Assembly (NCBI RefSeq): GCF_009914755.1 | Contig: NC_060940.1 | Source: the human T2T-CHM13v2.0 reference genome, Homo sapiens | Reading direction: 5' to 3' (one strand) | Length of the DNA: 64,000 nucleotides | Shown here: positions 30,028 through 45,200 of the stretch, piece after piece | Position numbering within the stretch: position 1 is the first letter of the stretch | Layout: the number at the start of each line of letters is the position of its first letter | The notes under the pieces: generated by a model | Told to the model about the DNA's origin: nothing | The model's input: only the letters and a program-made list of their open reading frames with translations | Database searches by the model: none | Translations under genes and position numbers: made by a program

Positions 30028-33000
30028 AATCCATTCGATGATTCCACTCGATTCCATTCGTTGACTCCATTTGATCCCATTCGATGATTTCCTTTGATTC
30101 CCTTTGATGATCATTCCATTTGATTCAATTCGGTGATTTCATTTGATTCCATTCAGTGATGTTTCCATTCGACTCCATTCGATGATGATTCCATTCGACT
30201 CCATTCGATTATGATTTCATTCAATTCCATTCGATAATGATTCCCTTCGAGTCCATTCGATGATTCCATTCGATTCCATTCAACGATGATTTGATTCGTG
30301 TCCATTCGATGATTCCATTTGATTCCACTTGATGATGATTCCATTCGAGTCCATTTGATGATTCCATTCAATTCCATACTCCGATGATTTCTTTTGAGCC
30401 CACTCAATGCTTCCACTCGATTCCATATGATGATGACTCCATTCGATGAAATTCGATGATGATTCCATTCGCTTGCTTTCGATGATGATTCCACTTGAGT
30501 CCGTTAGAAGATTCTATTCAATTACATTCCATGACGATTCCGTTCGAGTCCATTTGATGATTCCATTAGACTCCATTCGACGATGATTCCATTCGATGTT
30601 ATTCCATGATTCCATTCGATCTCATTCGATGATGATTCCATTCAACTCCATTCGATGTTTCCATTCGAGTTCATTCTATTATTCCATTAGATTCCATTCG
30701 ATGATGATTCCATTCGATTCCATTTGATGATTGCATTCTATTTCATTTGATGATGATTCCATTCGAGTCCACTCGATGATTCCATTCGAGTCCATTTAAT
30801 GAATCCATTGGTTTCAATTCTATGATGATTACATTGGATTCCATTCGTTGATGATTTCATTCGGTTCCATTCAATGATGATTCCATTCAATTCCTTTCAA
30901 TGTTTCCATTCAATTCCATACGATGATGATTCCATTTGATTTGATTCGACAGTGAGCCATTCGATTCAATTCCATGATGATTCTATTTGATTCAATTGGT
31001 TGACATTTCCATTCGATTCCATTCGATGATGATTCCCTTTGATTCCGTTCCAAGATGATTCCATTCTAGCCCATTCAATCATTCCATTCGATTCTATTCA
31101 ATGATGATTCCATTCATGTCGATTTGGTGATTCCATTTGACTTCATTTGATGATGATTCCTTTCAAGTTCATTAGATGATTCCATTCGATTCCATTTGAT
31201 GATGATCCCATTCGAGTCCATTCAGTGATTCCATTCGTTTCCATTCCATGATGATTCCATTCCTTTCCATTCAATGATTCCATTCGATTCCGTTTGATGA
31301 TGATTTCATTCGAGTCCATTTGATGATTCCATTTGATTCCATTCGATGATGATTCCATTCGAGTCCATTCGATGATTCTATTCGAATCCATTTGATGATT
31401 TCTTTTGATTATATTTGGTGATGATTCCATTGGAGTCCATTCAATGATTCCATTCTATTCCAATCGATGATGATTCCATTAGAGTCCATTTAATGATTCC
31501 ATTTGATTCCAGTCTCTGATGATTACATTCGAGTCCATACGATGATTCCATTCAATTCCATATGATGATGATTCCATTTGATTCCATTCGGTGATTCCAT
31601 TCTATTCTATTCAATGGTGATTCCATTCGAGTACATTAGATGATTCCATTCGATTCCATTCAATGATGATTCTATTTGTGTCCCTTAGATGATTCCACAT
31701 GATTCCATTAGATGATGATACTATTTGAGCCCATCCAATGATTCCCTTCGATTCCATTCGATGAGGATTCCATTCGATTCAATTCATTGGTGATTCTATT
31801 CAATTCAATTCTTTGATTCCATTCCATTCCATTCGACAATGATTCCATTCGATTTCTTTCGATGATTCCACTCGATTCCACTTGACATTGATTCCATTCG
31901 ATTCCATTCAATGATTCCATTTGATTCCAGTGGATGATGATTGCCATCGATTCCATTCGATCACTCCATTCTATTCCATTTGATGATGATTACATTCGAT
32001 TCCATTTGATGATTCCATCTGATTCTATTCGAGGATTCCATTTGATTCCATTCGATGATGATTCCATTCGAGTCCATTCGATGATTTCATTCGAGTACAT
32101 CCAATGATTCCATTCGAGTCCATTAGATGATTCCATTTGATTCCATTTGAAAATGATTCTACTAGAGTCCATTCAATGACTCCATTCGAGTCCATTCAAC
32201 AATTCCATTCGACTCCATTCGATGATTCCATTCGATTCCATTTGATGGTTCCATTCGAGTCCATTTAATCATTACAGTCGAGTCCATTTGGTGATTCCAC
32301 TGGATTTCTTTTGATAATGATACCATTCAATTACATTTGATGATGATCCCATTCAATTTCATTTGATGATGATTCCATTAGAGTCCATTCGATGATTTCA
32401 TTCGAGTCCCTTCATTGATTCCATCCGATTTCATTGGATGATGACTCCATTCGAGTCCATTCGATGATTCCACTCGATTCCATTAGATGACTCCATTGGA
32501 GTCCATTTGATTGTTCCATTCGATTCCATTCGATTCCTTTCGAAGATTATTCCATTTGAGTCCATTCGATGATGATTCCATTCCATTCCATTCGATGATT
32601 CCGTTTGATTCCATTCGATGATTCCCTTCGATTCCTTTCTTTGATGATTCCATTCCATTCCATTCAATGATTCCATTCGAATCTATTCCATGATGATTCC
32701 TTTCGATTCCATTCGCTGATGTTTCCGTTCAATTCCATTCGATGATGATTCCATTCGATTCCATTCATTGAGGATTCCATTTGATTCCATTCAATGATGA
32801 TTCCATTCTATTCCATTCAATGATTGCATTCAATTCCATTCAATGATTATCCCATTAGAGTAAACTCAACGATTCCATTCAATACCATTCGATGATGATT
32901 CCTTTTGAGTCCATTCAATGATTTCATTCAAGTCCATTTGATGATTCCTTTCAATTCCATTCTATGATGATTCCATTCGAGTCCATTCGATGATTCCATT

Positions 33001-36000
33001 CGATTGCATTCGATGATTCCATTATATTCCATTCAACGGTGATTCCATTCGAGTCCATTCCATGATTCCATTAGAGTACATTTAATGATTGCTTTGTTTT
33101 CAATTCGAAGATGATTACATTGGATTCCATTCTATGATACCATTCGATTCCATTCAATGATGATTCCACTCAAATCCATTGGATGATTCCATTCGTGTCC
33201 ATTCGGTGATTTCATTAGATTCCATTCGAGGATGATTCCATTCGATTCCATTCGATGATTCCATTCAATTCCATTCGATGATGATTCCATTCCAGTCCAT
33301 ATGATCATTCCATTTGATTTCATTCGATGATGATTCCATTCGATTCGATTCGACGATTCCATTCTATTCCATTCGATGATGATTCCATTCGAGTCCATTC
33401 GATGATTCCATTCGAGTCCATTTAATGATTCCATTGGGTTCAATTCAATGATGATTACATTGGATTCCGTTCTATGATTCCATTCAATTCCGTTCATTGA
33501 CAATTTGATTCCATTCGATGATGATTCCATTTGAGTTCATTCGATGATTCTATTCGATTCTCTTCGATGGTGATTCAATTCTATTATATTGGATGATTCC
33601 ATTCGATTCCATTCGATGTTGATTCAATTCGATTCTATTCGATGATGATTCCATTGGATTTCACTTGATGATTCTATTCGATTCCATTCAATGATGATTC
33701 ACTTCTCGTCCATTGGATGATTCCATTTCATTCCATTCGATGATGATTCCATTCGATTCCATTCGATGATTCCATTTGATTCCATGCGACGGTGAGCAAT
33801 TCGATTCAATTCCATGATGATTCTATTTGATTCAATTAGATGATGTTTCCATTCGAATCCATTCCATGATTATTCCATTGGAATCCATTCGGCGATGATT
33901 CCATATGAGTCAATTCAATGATGATTCCATATGTGTCCGTTCGATGATAATTCCATTTGATTTCATTCGATGCTTCTATTCTATTCCAGTCGATGATGAT
34001 TCCGTTGGAGTCCATACGATGATTCCATTTGATTTCATTTGATGATGATTCCATTCGATGATGATTACATTGGATTCCATTCTATGATTCCATTCAATTC
34101 CATTCGTTGATGATTCGATTCCATTCAATGATGATTCCATTTGAGTTCATTCGATGATTCTATTCGATTCCGTTCGATGGTGATTCAATTCTATTATATT
34201 GGATGATTCCAGTCGATTCCATTTGATGATTATTCCATTGGAGTCCACTTAGTGAATCCTTTAGATTCTACTCGACGATGATTCCATTCGAGTCCATTCG
34301 ATGATACCATTCAATTCCATTCGTTGATGCTTCCATTCAAGTGCATTCGATGATATCATTCGATTCCATTTGATGATAATTCCATTTGATTCCATGCGAT
34401 GATTCTATTCGATTCCATTCAATGATAATTCCATTCAATTCAGTGATTCCTCTGGACTCCATTTGATGATGATTCCATTCAATGATTCCATTCGATTCTA
34501 TTCGAAAATGATTCCATTTGAATCCATTTGATGATGATTCCATTAGATTCCATTTGATGATTCCATTCGATTCCATTCGACGATGATTCCATTCGATTCC
34601 GTTTGATGATTCCATTCTATTCTATTCGATGATGATTCCATTCGATTCCATTCGATGATGATTGGATTCGATTTCATTTGATGATTTCATTTGATTCCAT
34701 TCGTTAATGATTTCGATCAATTCCATTCGATGATTCCATTCGATTCCATTCGATAATGATTACATCCGAGTCCATTCGATGATTCCCTTTGAGCCTGTTC
34801 GATAATTCCATTTGAGTCCAACCAATGATTCCATTCATTTCCATTCAATGATTCCATTCGAGTCCATTTGATCATTCCGGTAGGGTCCATTCGATGTTGA
34901 TTCCATTGGAGTGCATTCGATGATTCCATTCGAGTCCATTTTAGGATTTGATTCGAGTCCTTTCGATGATTCCATTCGATTCCACTCGATGATGATTTCA
35001 TTCGAGTCCATTCGACACTTCCAATCGATTCCATTTGATGATTCCATTCGAGTCCAATTGATGATTCCATTCAATTCCATTCGATGATGATTCCGTACGA
35101 TTCCATTCTGTGATGATTCCATGTGATTGCATTCAATGATGATTCCTTTCGATTGCATTCGATTATGATTCATTTCGTGTTCATTCTATGGTTCCACAGG
35201 TTTCCATTCGTGTCCATTCCATTATTCCATTCTATTCCATTTGATGATGATTCCATTCGATTCCATTCATTGGTGATTCCACTCAATTCCATTCAATGAT
35301 TCCATTCCATTTCTTTCAACAATGATTCCATTAGTTTCTAATCGATGATCCACTTGATTCCATTTGACGACGATTCCATTCTTGTCCATTCGATGATTCC
35401 ATTTGATTCCATATGATGATGATTCCATTCGATTCCATACCATGATGATTCCATTCGAGTCCATTCAATGGTGATTCCATTCAATTCCATTCGATGATTC
35501 CTTTCGATTCCATTCGATGATGATGGCATTCGATTCCTTTCAATCATTCCCTTTGATTCCATTCCGAGGTGATTTCATTCAAGTCCATTCGATAATTGCA
35601 TTCGATTCCATTCTATGATGATTCCATTCGAGTCCATTTGATGATTCCATTCAATTCAAGTCAATGATGATTCCATTCGATTCCATTCGATGATTCCATT
35701 GGATTCCATTCGATGATGATTCCATTCAAATCCATTCGATAATTCAATTCAAGTCCATTCGATGATGATTCCAATCGAATCCATTCAAAGATTCCATTCA
35801 GTTCCATTCGATGATTCCCTTAGATTCCATTCGATGATTCCACTTGATTGCATTTACGATGATTCCATTCGATTCCATGTGATGATTCCATTCAATTCTA
35901 TTCAATGATGTCTCCATTTGATTCCATTCGACCATGATTGCCTTTGATTCCATTCAATGATTCCATTCGGTTCCGTTTGATGATGATTCCGTTCGATTCC

Positions 36001-36139
36001 ATTTGATGATTCCATTTGATTCCATTGGATGAGTCCATTCGATTACATTCGATGATTATTCCATTCGAGTGCATTAGATGATTCCATTCGAGTCCATTCG
36101 ATGATTCCATTCGATTCCATTCGATGTTGATTCTGTTCA
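30028..36139 (+). repeat. Higher-order unit 6 (6112 bp)
   Basis: Constant offset 30027 across ORF anchors 30153 to 35898. Confidence 0.95.
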
Positions 36140-39100
36140 AATCCATTCGATGATTCCACTCGATTCCATTCGTTGACTCCATTTGATCCCATTCGATGAT
36201 TTCCTTTGATTCCCTTTGATGATCATTCCATTTGATTCAATTCGGTGATTTCATTTGATTCCATTCAGTGATGTTTCCATTCGACTCCATTCGATGATGA
36301 TTCCATTCGACTCCATTCGATTATGATTTCATTCAATTCCATTCGATAATGATTCCCTTCGAGTCCATTCGATGATTCCATTCGATTCCATTCAACGATG
36401 ATTTGATTCGTGTCCATTCGATGATTCCATTTGATTCCACTTGATGATGATTCCATTCGAGTCCATTTGATGATTCCATTCAATTCCATACTCCGATGAT
36501 TTCTTTTGAGCCCACTCAATGCTTCCACTCGATTCCATATGATGATGACTCCATTCGATGAAATTCGATGATGATTCCATTCGCTTGCTTTCGATGATGA
36601 TTCCACTTGAGTCCGTTAGAAGATTCTATTCAATTACATTCCATGACGATTCCGTTCGAGTCCATTTGATGATTCCATTAGACTCCATTCGACGATGATT
36701 CCATTCGATGTTATTCGATGATTCCATTCGATCTCATTCGATGATGATTCCATTCAACTCCATTCGATGTTTCCATTCGAGTTCATTCTATTATTCCATT
36801 AGATTCCATTCGATGATGATTCCATTCGATTCCATTTAATGATTGCATTCTATTTCATTTGATGATGATTCCATTCGAGTCCACTCGATGATTCCATTCG
36901 AGTCCATTTAATGAATCCATTGGTTTCAATTCTATGATGATTACATTGGATTCCATTCGTTGATGATTTCATTCGGTTCCTTTCAATGATGATTCCATTC
37001 AATTCCTTTCAATGTTTCCATTCAATTCCATACGATGATGATTCCATTTGATTTGATTCGACAGTGAGCCATTCGATTCAATTCCATGATGATTCTATTT
37101 GATTCAATTGGTTGACATTTCCATTCGATTCCATTCGATGATGATTCCCTTTGATTCCGTTCAAAGATGATTCCATTCTAGCCCATTCAATCATTCCATT
37201 CGATTCTATTCAATGATGATTCCATTCATGTCGATTTGGTGATTCCATTTGACTTCATTTGATGATGATTCCTTTCAAGTTCATTAGATGATTCCATTCG
37301 ATTCCATTTGATGATGATCCCATTCGAGTCTATTCAGTGATACCATTCGTTTCCATTCCATGATGATTCCATTCCATTCCATTCAATGATTCCATTCGAT
37401 TCCGTTTGATGATGATTTCATTCGAGTCCATTTGATGATTCCATTTGATTCCATTCGATGATGATTCCATTCGAGTCCATTCGATGATTCTATTCGAATC
37501 CATTTGATGATTTCTTTTGATTATAGTTGGTGATGATTCCATTGGAGTCCATTCAATGATTCCATTCTATTCCAATCGATGATGATTCCATTAGAGTCCA
37601 TTTAATGATTCCATTTGATTCCAGTCTCTGATGATTACATTCGAGTCCATACGATGATTCCACTCAATTCCATATGATGATGATTCCATTTGATTCCATT
37701 CGGTGATTCCATTCTATTCTATTCAATGGTGATTCCATTCGAGTACATTAGATGATTCCATTCGATTCCATTCAATGATGATTCTATTTGTGTCCGTTAG
37801 ATGATTCCACATGATTCCATTAGATGATGATACTATTTGAGCCCATCCAATGATTCCCTTCGATTCCATTCGATGAGGATTCAATTCGATTCAATTCATT
37901 GGTGATTCTATTCAATTCAATTCTTTGATTCCATTCCATTCCATTCGACAATGATTCCATTCGATTTCTTTCAATGATTCCACTCGATTCCACTTGACAT
38001 TGATTCCATTCGATTCCATTCAATGATTCCATTTGATTCCAGTGGATGATGATTGCCATCGATTCCATTCGATCACTCCATTCTATTCCATTTGATGATG
38101 ATTACATTCGATTCCATTTGATGATTCCATCTGATTCTATTCGAGGATTCCATTTGATTCCATTCGATGATGATTCCATTCGAGTCCATTCGATGATTTC
38201 ATTCGAGTACATCCAATGATTCCATTCGAGTCCATTAGATGATTCCATTTGATTCCATTTGAAAATGATTCTACTAGAGTCCATTCAATGACTCCATTCG
38301 AGTCCATTCAACAATTCCATTCGACTCCATTCGATGATTCCATTCGATTCCATTTGATGGTTCCATTCGAGTCCATTTAATCATTACAGTCGAGTCCATT
38401 TGGTGATTCCACTGGATTTCTTTTGATAATGATACCATTCAATTACATTTGATGATGATCCCATTCAATTTCATTTGATGATGATTCCATTAGAGTCCAT
38501 TCGATGATTTCATTCGAGTCCCTTCATTGATTCCATCCGATTTCATTGGATGATGACTCCATTCGAGTCCATTCGATGATTCCACTCGATTCCATTAGAT
38601 GACTCCATTGGAGTCCATTTGATTGTTCCATTCGATTCCATTCGATTCCTTTCGAAGATTATTCCATTTGAGTCCATTCGATGATGATTCCATTCCATTC
38701 CATTCGATGATTCCGTTTGATTCCATTCGATGATTCCCTTCGATTCCTTTCTTTGATGATTCCATTCCATTCCATTCAATGATTCCATTCGAATCTATTC
38801 CATGATGATTCCTTTCGATTCCATTCGCTGATGTTTCCGTTCAATTCCATTCGATGATGATTCCATTCGATTCCATTCATTGAGGATTCCATTTGATTCC
38901 ATTCAATGATGATTCCATTCTATTCCATTCAATGATTGCATTCAATTCCATTCAATGATTATCCCATTAGAGTAAACTCAACGATTCCATTCAATACCAT
39001 TCGATGATGATTCCTTTTGAGTCCATTCAATGATTTCATTCAAGTCCATTTGATGATTCCTTTCAATTCCATTCTATGATGATTCCATTCGAGTCCATTC

Positions 39101-42100
39101 GATGATTCCATTCGATTGCATTCGATGATTCCATTATATTCCATTCAACGGTGATTCCATTCGAGTCCATTCCATGATTCCATTAGAGTACATTTAATGA
39201 TTGCCTTGTTTTCAATTCGAAGATGATTACATTGGATTCCATTCTATGATACCATTCGATTCCATTCAATGATGATTCCACTCAAATCCATTGGATGATT
39301 CCATTCATGTCCATTCGGTGATTTCATTAGATTCCATTCGAGGATGATTCCATTCGATTCCATTCGATGATTCCATTCAATTCCATTCGATGATGATTCC
39401 ATTCCAGTCCATATGATCATTCCATTTGATTTCATTCGATGATGATTCCATTCGATTCCATTCGACGATTCCATTCTATTCCATTCGATGATGATTCCAT
39501 TCGAGTCCATTCGATCATTCCATTCGAGTCCATTTAATGATTCCATTGGGTTCAATTCAATGATGATTACATTGGATTCCGTTCTATGATTCCATTCAAT
39601 TCCATTCATTGACAATTTGATTCCATTCGATGATGATTCCATTTGAGTTCATTCGATGATTCTATTCGATTCTCTTCGATGGTGATTCAATTCTATTATA
39701 TTGGATGATTCCATTCGATTCCATTTGATGTTGATTCAATTCGATTCTATTCGATGATGATTCCATTGGATTTCACTTGATGATTCTATTCGATTCCATT
39801 CAATGATGATTCACTTCTCGTCCATTGGATGATTCCATTTCATTCCATTCGATGATGATTCCATTCGATTCCATTCGATGATTCCATTTGATTCCATGCG
39901 ACGGTGAGCAATTCGATTCAATTCCATGATGATTCTATTTGATTCAATTAGATGATGTTTCCATTCGAATCCATTCCATGATTATTCCATTGGAATCCAT
40001 TCGGCGATGATTCCATATGAGTCAATTCAATGATGATTCCATATGGGTCCGTTCGATGATAATTCCATTTGATTTCATTCGATGCTTCTATTCTATTCCA
40101 GTCGATGATGATTCCGTTGGAGTCCATACGATGATTCCATTTGATTTCATTTGATGATGATTCCATTCGATGAGGATTACATTGGATTCCATTCTATGAT
40201 TCCATTCAATTCCATTCGTTGATGATTCGATTCCATTCAATGATGATTCCATTTGAGTTCATTCGATGATTCTATTCGATTCCGTTCGATGGTGATTCAA
40301 TTCTATTATATTGGATGATTCCACTCGATTCCATTTGATGATTATTCCATTGGAGTCCACTTAGTGAATCCTTTAGATTCTACTCGACGATGATTCCATT
40401 CGAGTCCATTCGATGATACCATTCAATTCCATTCGTTGATGCTTCCATTCAAGTGCATTCGATGATATCATTCGATTCCATTTGATGATAATTCCATTTG
40501 ATTCCATGCGATGATTCTATTCGATTCCATTCAATGATAATTCCATTCAATTCAGTGATTCCTCTGGACTCCATTTGATGATGATTCCATTCAATGATTC
40601 CATTCGATTCTATTCGAAAATGATTCCATTTGAATCCATTTGATGATGATTCCATTAGATTCCATTTGATGATTCCATTCGATTCCATTCGACGATGATT
40701 CCATTCGATTCCGTTTGATGATTCCATTCTATTCTATTCGATGATGATTCCATTCGATTCCATTCGATGATGATTGGATTCGATTCCATTTGATGATTTC
40801 ATTTGATTCCATTCGTTAATGATTTCGATCAATTCCATTCGATGATTCCATTCGATTCCATTCGATAATGATTACATCCGAGTCCATTCGATGATTCCCT
40901 TTGAGCCTGTTCGATAATTCCATTTGAGTCCAACCAATGATTCCATTCATTTCCATTCAATGATTCCATTCGAGTCCATTTGATCATTCCGGTAGGGTCC
41001 ATTCGATGTTGATTCCATTGGAGTGCATTCGATGATTCCATTCGAGTCCATTTTAGGATTTGATTCGAGTCCTTTCGACGATTCCATTCAATTCCACTCG
41101 ATGATGATTTCATTCGAGTCCATTCGACACTTCCAATCGATTCCATTTGATGATTCCATTCGAGTCCAATTGATGATTCCATTCAATTCCATTCGATGAT
41201 GATTCCGTACGATTCCATTCTGTGATGATTGCATGTGATTGCATTCAATGATGATTCCTTTCGATTGCATTCGATTATGATTCATTTCGTGTTCATTCTA
41301 TGGTTCCACAGGTTTCCATTCGTGTCCATTCCATTATTCCATTCTATTCCATTTGATGATGATTCCATTCGATTCCATTCATTGGTGATTCCACTCAATT
41401 CCATTCAATGATTCCATTCCATTTCTTTCAACAATGATTCCATTAGTTTCTAATCGATGATCCACTTGATTCCATTTGACGACGATTCCATTCTTGTCCA
41501 TTCGATGATTCCATTTGATTCCATATGATGATGATTCCATTCGATTCCATACCATGATGATTCCATTCGAGTCCATTCAATGGTGATTCCATTCAATTCC
41601 ATTCGATGATTCCTTTTGATTCCATTCGATGATGATGGCATTCGATTCCTTTCAATCATTCCCTTTGATTCCATTCAAAGGTGATTTCATTCAAGTCCAT
41701 TCGATAATTGCATTCGATTCCATTCTATGATGATTCCATTCGAGTCCATTTGATGATTCCATTCAATTCAAGTCAATGATGATTCCATTCGATTCCATTC
41801 GATGATTCCATTGGATTCCATTCGATGATGATTCCATTCAAATCCATTCGATAATTCAATTCAAGTCCATTCGATGATGATTCCAATCGAATCCATTCAA
41901 AGATTCCATTCAGTTCCATTCGATGATTCCCTTAGATTCCATTCGATGATTCCACTTGATTGCATTTACGATGATTCCATTCGATTCCATGTGATGATTC
42001 CATTCAATTCTATTCAATGATGTCTCCATTTGATTCCATTCGACCATGATTGCCTTTGATTCCATTCAATGATTCCATTCGGTTCCGTTTGATGATGATT

Positions 42101-42251
42101 CCGTTCGATTCCATTTGATGATTCCATTTGATTCCATTGGATGAGTCCATTCGATTACATTCGATGATTATTCCATTCGAGTGCATTAGATGATTCCATT
42201 CGAGTCCATTCGATGATTCCATTCGATTCCATTCGATGTTGATTCTGTTCA
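36140..42251 (+). repeat. Higher-order unit 7 (6112 bp)
   Basis: Constant offset 36139 across ORF anchors 36265 to 42010. Confidence 0.95.
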
Positions 42252-45200
42252 AATCCATTCGATGATTCCACTCGATTCCATTCGTTGACTCCATTTGATC
42301 CCATTTGATGATTTCCTTTGATTCCCTTTGATGATCATTCCATTTGATTCAATTCGGTGATTTCATTTGATTCCATTCAGTGATGTTTCCATTCGACTCC
42401 ATTCGATGATGATTCCATTCGACTCCATTCGATTATGATTTCATTCAATTCCATTCGATAATGATTCCCTTCGAGTCCATTCGATGATTCCATTCGATTC
42501 CATTCAACGATGATTTGATTCGTGTCCATTCGATGATTCCATTTGATTCCACTTGATGATGATTCCATTCGAGTCCATTTGATGATTCCATTCAATTCCA
42601 TACTCCGATGATTTCTTTTGAGCCCACTCAATGCTTCCACTCGATTCCATATGATGATGACTCCATTCGATGAAATTCGATGATGATTCCATTCGCTTGC
42701 TTTCGATGATGATTCCACTTGAGTCCGTTAGAAGATTCTATTCAATTACATTCCATGACGATTCCGTTCGAGTCCATTTGATGATTCCATTAGACTCCAT
42801 TCGACGATGATTCCATTCGATGTTATTCCATGATTCCATTCGATCTCATTCGATGATGATTCCATTCAACTCCATTCGATGTTTCCATTCGAGTTCATTC
42901 TATTATTCCATTAGATTCCATTCGATGATGATTCCATTCGATTCCATTTGATGATTGCATTCTATTTCATTTGATGATGATTCCATTCGAGTCCACTCGA
43001 TGATTCCATTCGAGTCCATTTAATGAATCCATTGGTTTCAATTCTATGATGATTACATTGGATTCCATTCGTTGATGATTTCATTCGGTTCCATTCAATG
43101 ATGATTCCATTCAATTCCTTTCAATGTTTCCATTCAATTCCATACGATGATGATTCCATTTGATTTGATTCGACAGTGAGCCATTCGATTCAATTCCATG
43201 ATGATTCTATTTGATTCAATTGGTTGACATTTCCATTCGATTCCATTCGATGATGATTCCCTTTGATTCCGTTCCAAGATGATTCCATTCTAGCCCATTC
43301 AATCATTCCATTCGATTCTATTCAATGATGATTCCATTCATGTCGATTTGGTGATTCCATTTGACTTCATTTGATGATGATTCCTTTCAAGTTCATTAGA
43401 TGATTCCATTCGATTCCATTTGATGATGATCCCATTCGAGTCCATTCAGTGATTCCATTCGTTTCCATTCCATGATGATTCCATTCCTTTCCATTCAATG
43501 ATTCCATTCGATTCCGTTTGATGATGATTTCATTCGAGTCCATTTGATGATTCCATTTGATTCCATTCGATGATGATTCCATTCGAGTCCATTCGATGAT
43601 TCTATTCGAATCCATTTGATGATTTCTTTTGATTATATTTGGTGATGATTCCATTGGAGTCCATTCAATGATTCCATTCTATTCCAATCGATGATGATTC
43701 CATTAGAGTCCATTTAATGATTCCATTTGATTCCAGTCTCTGATGATTACATTCGAGTCCATACGATGATTCCACTCAATTCCATATGATGATGATTCCA
43801 TTTGATTCCATTCGGTGATTCCATTCTATTCTATTCAATGGTGATTCCATTCGAGTACATTAGATGATTCCATTCGATTCCATTCAATGATGATTCTATT
43901 TGTGTCCCTTAGATGATTCCACATGATTCCATTAGATGATGATACTATTTGAGCCCATCCAATGATTCCCTTCGATTCCATTCGATGAGGATTCCATTCG
44001 ATTCAATTCATTGGTGATTCTATTCAATTCAATTCTTTGATTCCATTCCATTCCATTCGACAATGATTCCATTCGATTTCTTTCGATGATTCCACTCGAT
44101 TCCACTTGACATTGATTCCATTCGATTCCATTCAATGATTCCATTTGATTCCAGTGGATGATGATTGCCATCGATTCCATTCGATCACTCCATTCTATTC
44201 CATTTGATGATGATTACATTCGATTCCATTTGATGATTCCATCTGATTCTATTCGAGGATTCCATTTGATTCCATTCGATGATGATTCCATTCGAGTCCA
44301 TTCGATGATTTCATTCGAGTACATCCAATGATTCCATTCGAGTCCATTAGATGATTCCATTTGATTCCATTTGAAAATGATTCTACTAGAGTCCATTCAA
44401 TGACTCCATTCGAGTCCATTCAACAATTCCATTCGACTCCATTCGATGATTCCATTCGATTCCATTTGATGGTTCCATTCGAGTCCATTTAATCATTACA
44501 GTCGAGTCCATTTGTTGATTCCACTGGATTTCTTTTGATAATGATACCATTCAATTACATTTGATGATGATCCCATTCAACTTCATTTGATGATGATTCC
44601 ATTAGAGTCCATTCGATGATTTCATTCGAGTCCCTTCATTGATTCCATCCGATTTCATTGGATGATGACTCCATTCGAGTCCATTCGATGATTCCACTCG
44701 ATTCCATTAGATGACTCCATTGGAGTCCATTTGATTGTTCCATTCGATTCCATTCGATTCCTTTCGAAGATTATTCCATTTGAGTCCATTCGATGATGAT
44801 TCCATTCCATTCCATTCGATGATTCCGTTTGATTCCATTCGATGATTCCCTTCGATTCCTTTCTTTGATGATTCCATTCCATTCCATTCAATGATTCCAT
44901 TCGAATCTATTCCATGATGATTCCTTTCGATTCCATTCGCTGATGTTTCCGTTCAATTCCATTCGATGATGATTCCATTCGATTCCATTCATTGAGGATT
45001 CCATTTGATTCCATTCAATGATGATTCCATTCTATTCCATTCAATGATTGCATTCAATTCCATTCAATGATTATCCCCTTAGAGTAAACTCAACGATTCC
45101 ATTCAATACCATTCGATGATGATTCCTTTTGAGTCCATTCAATGATTTCATTCAAGTCCATTTGATGATTCCTTTCAATTCCATTCTATGATGATTCCAT

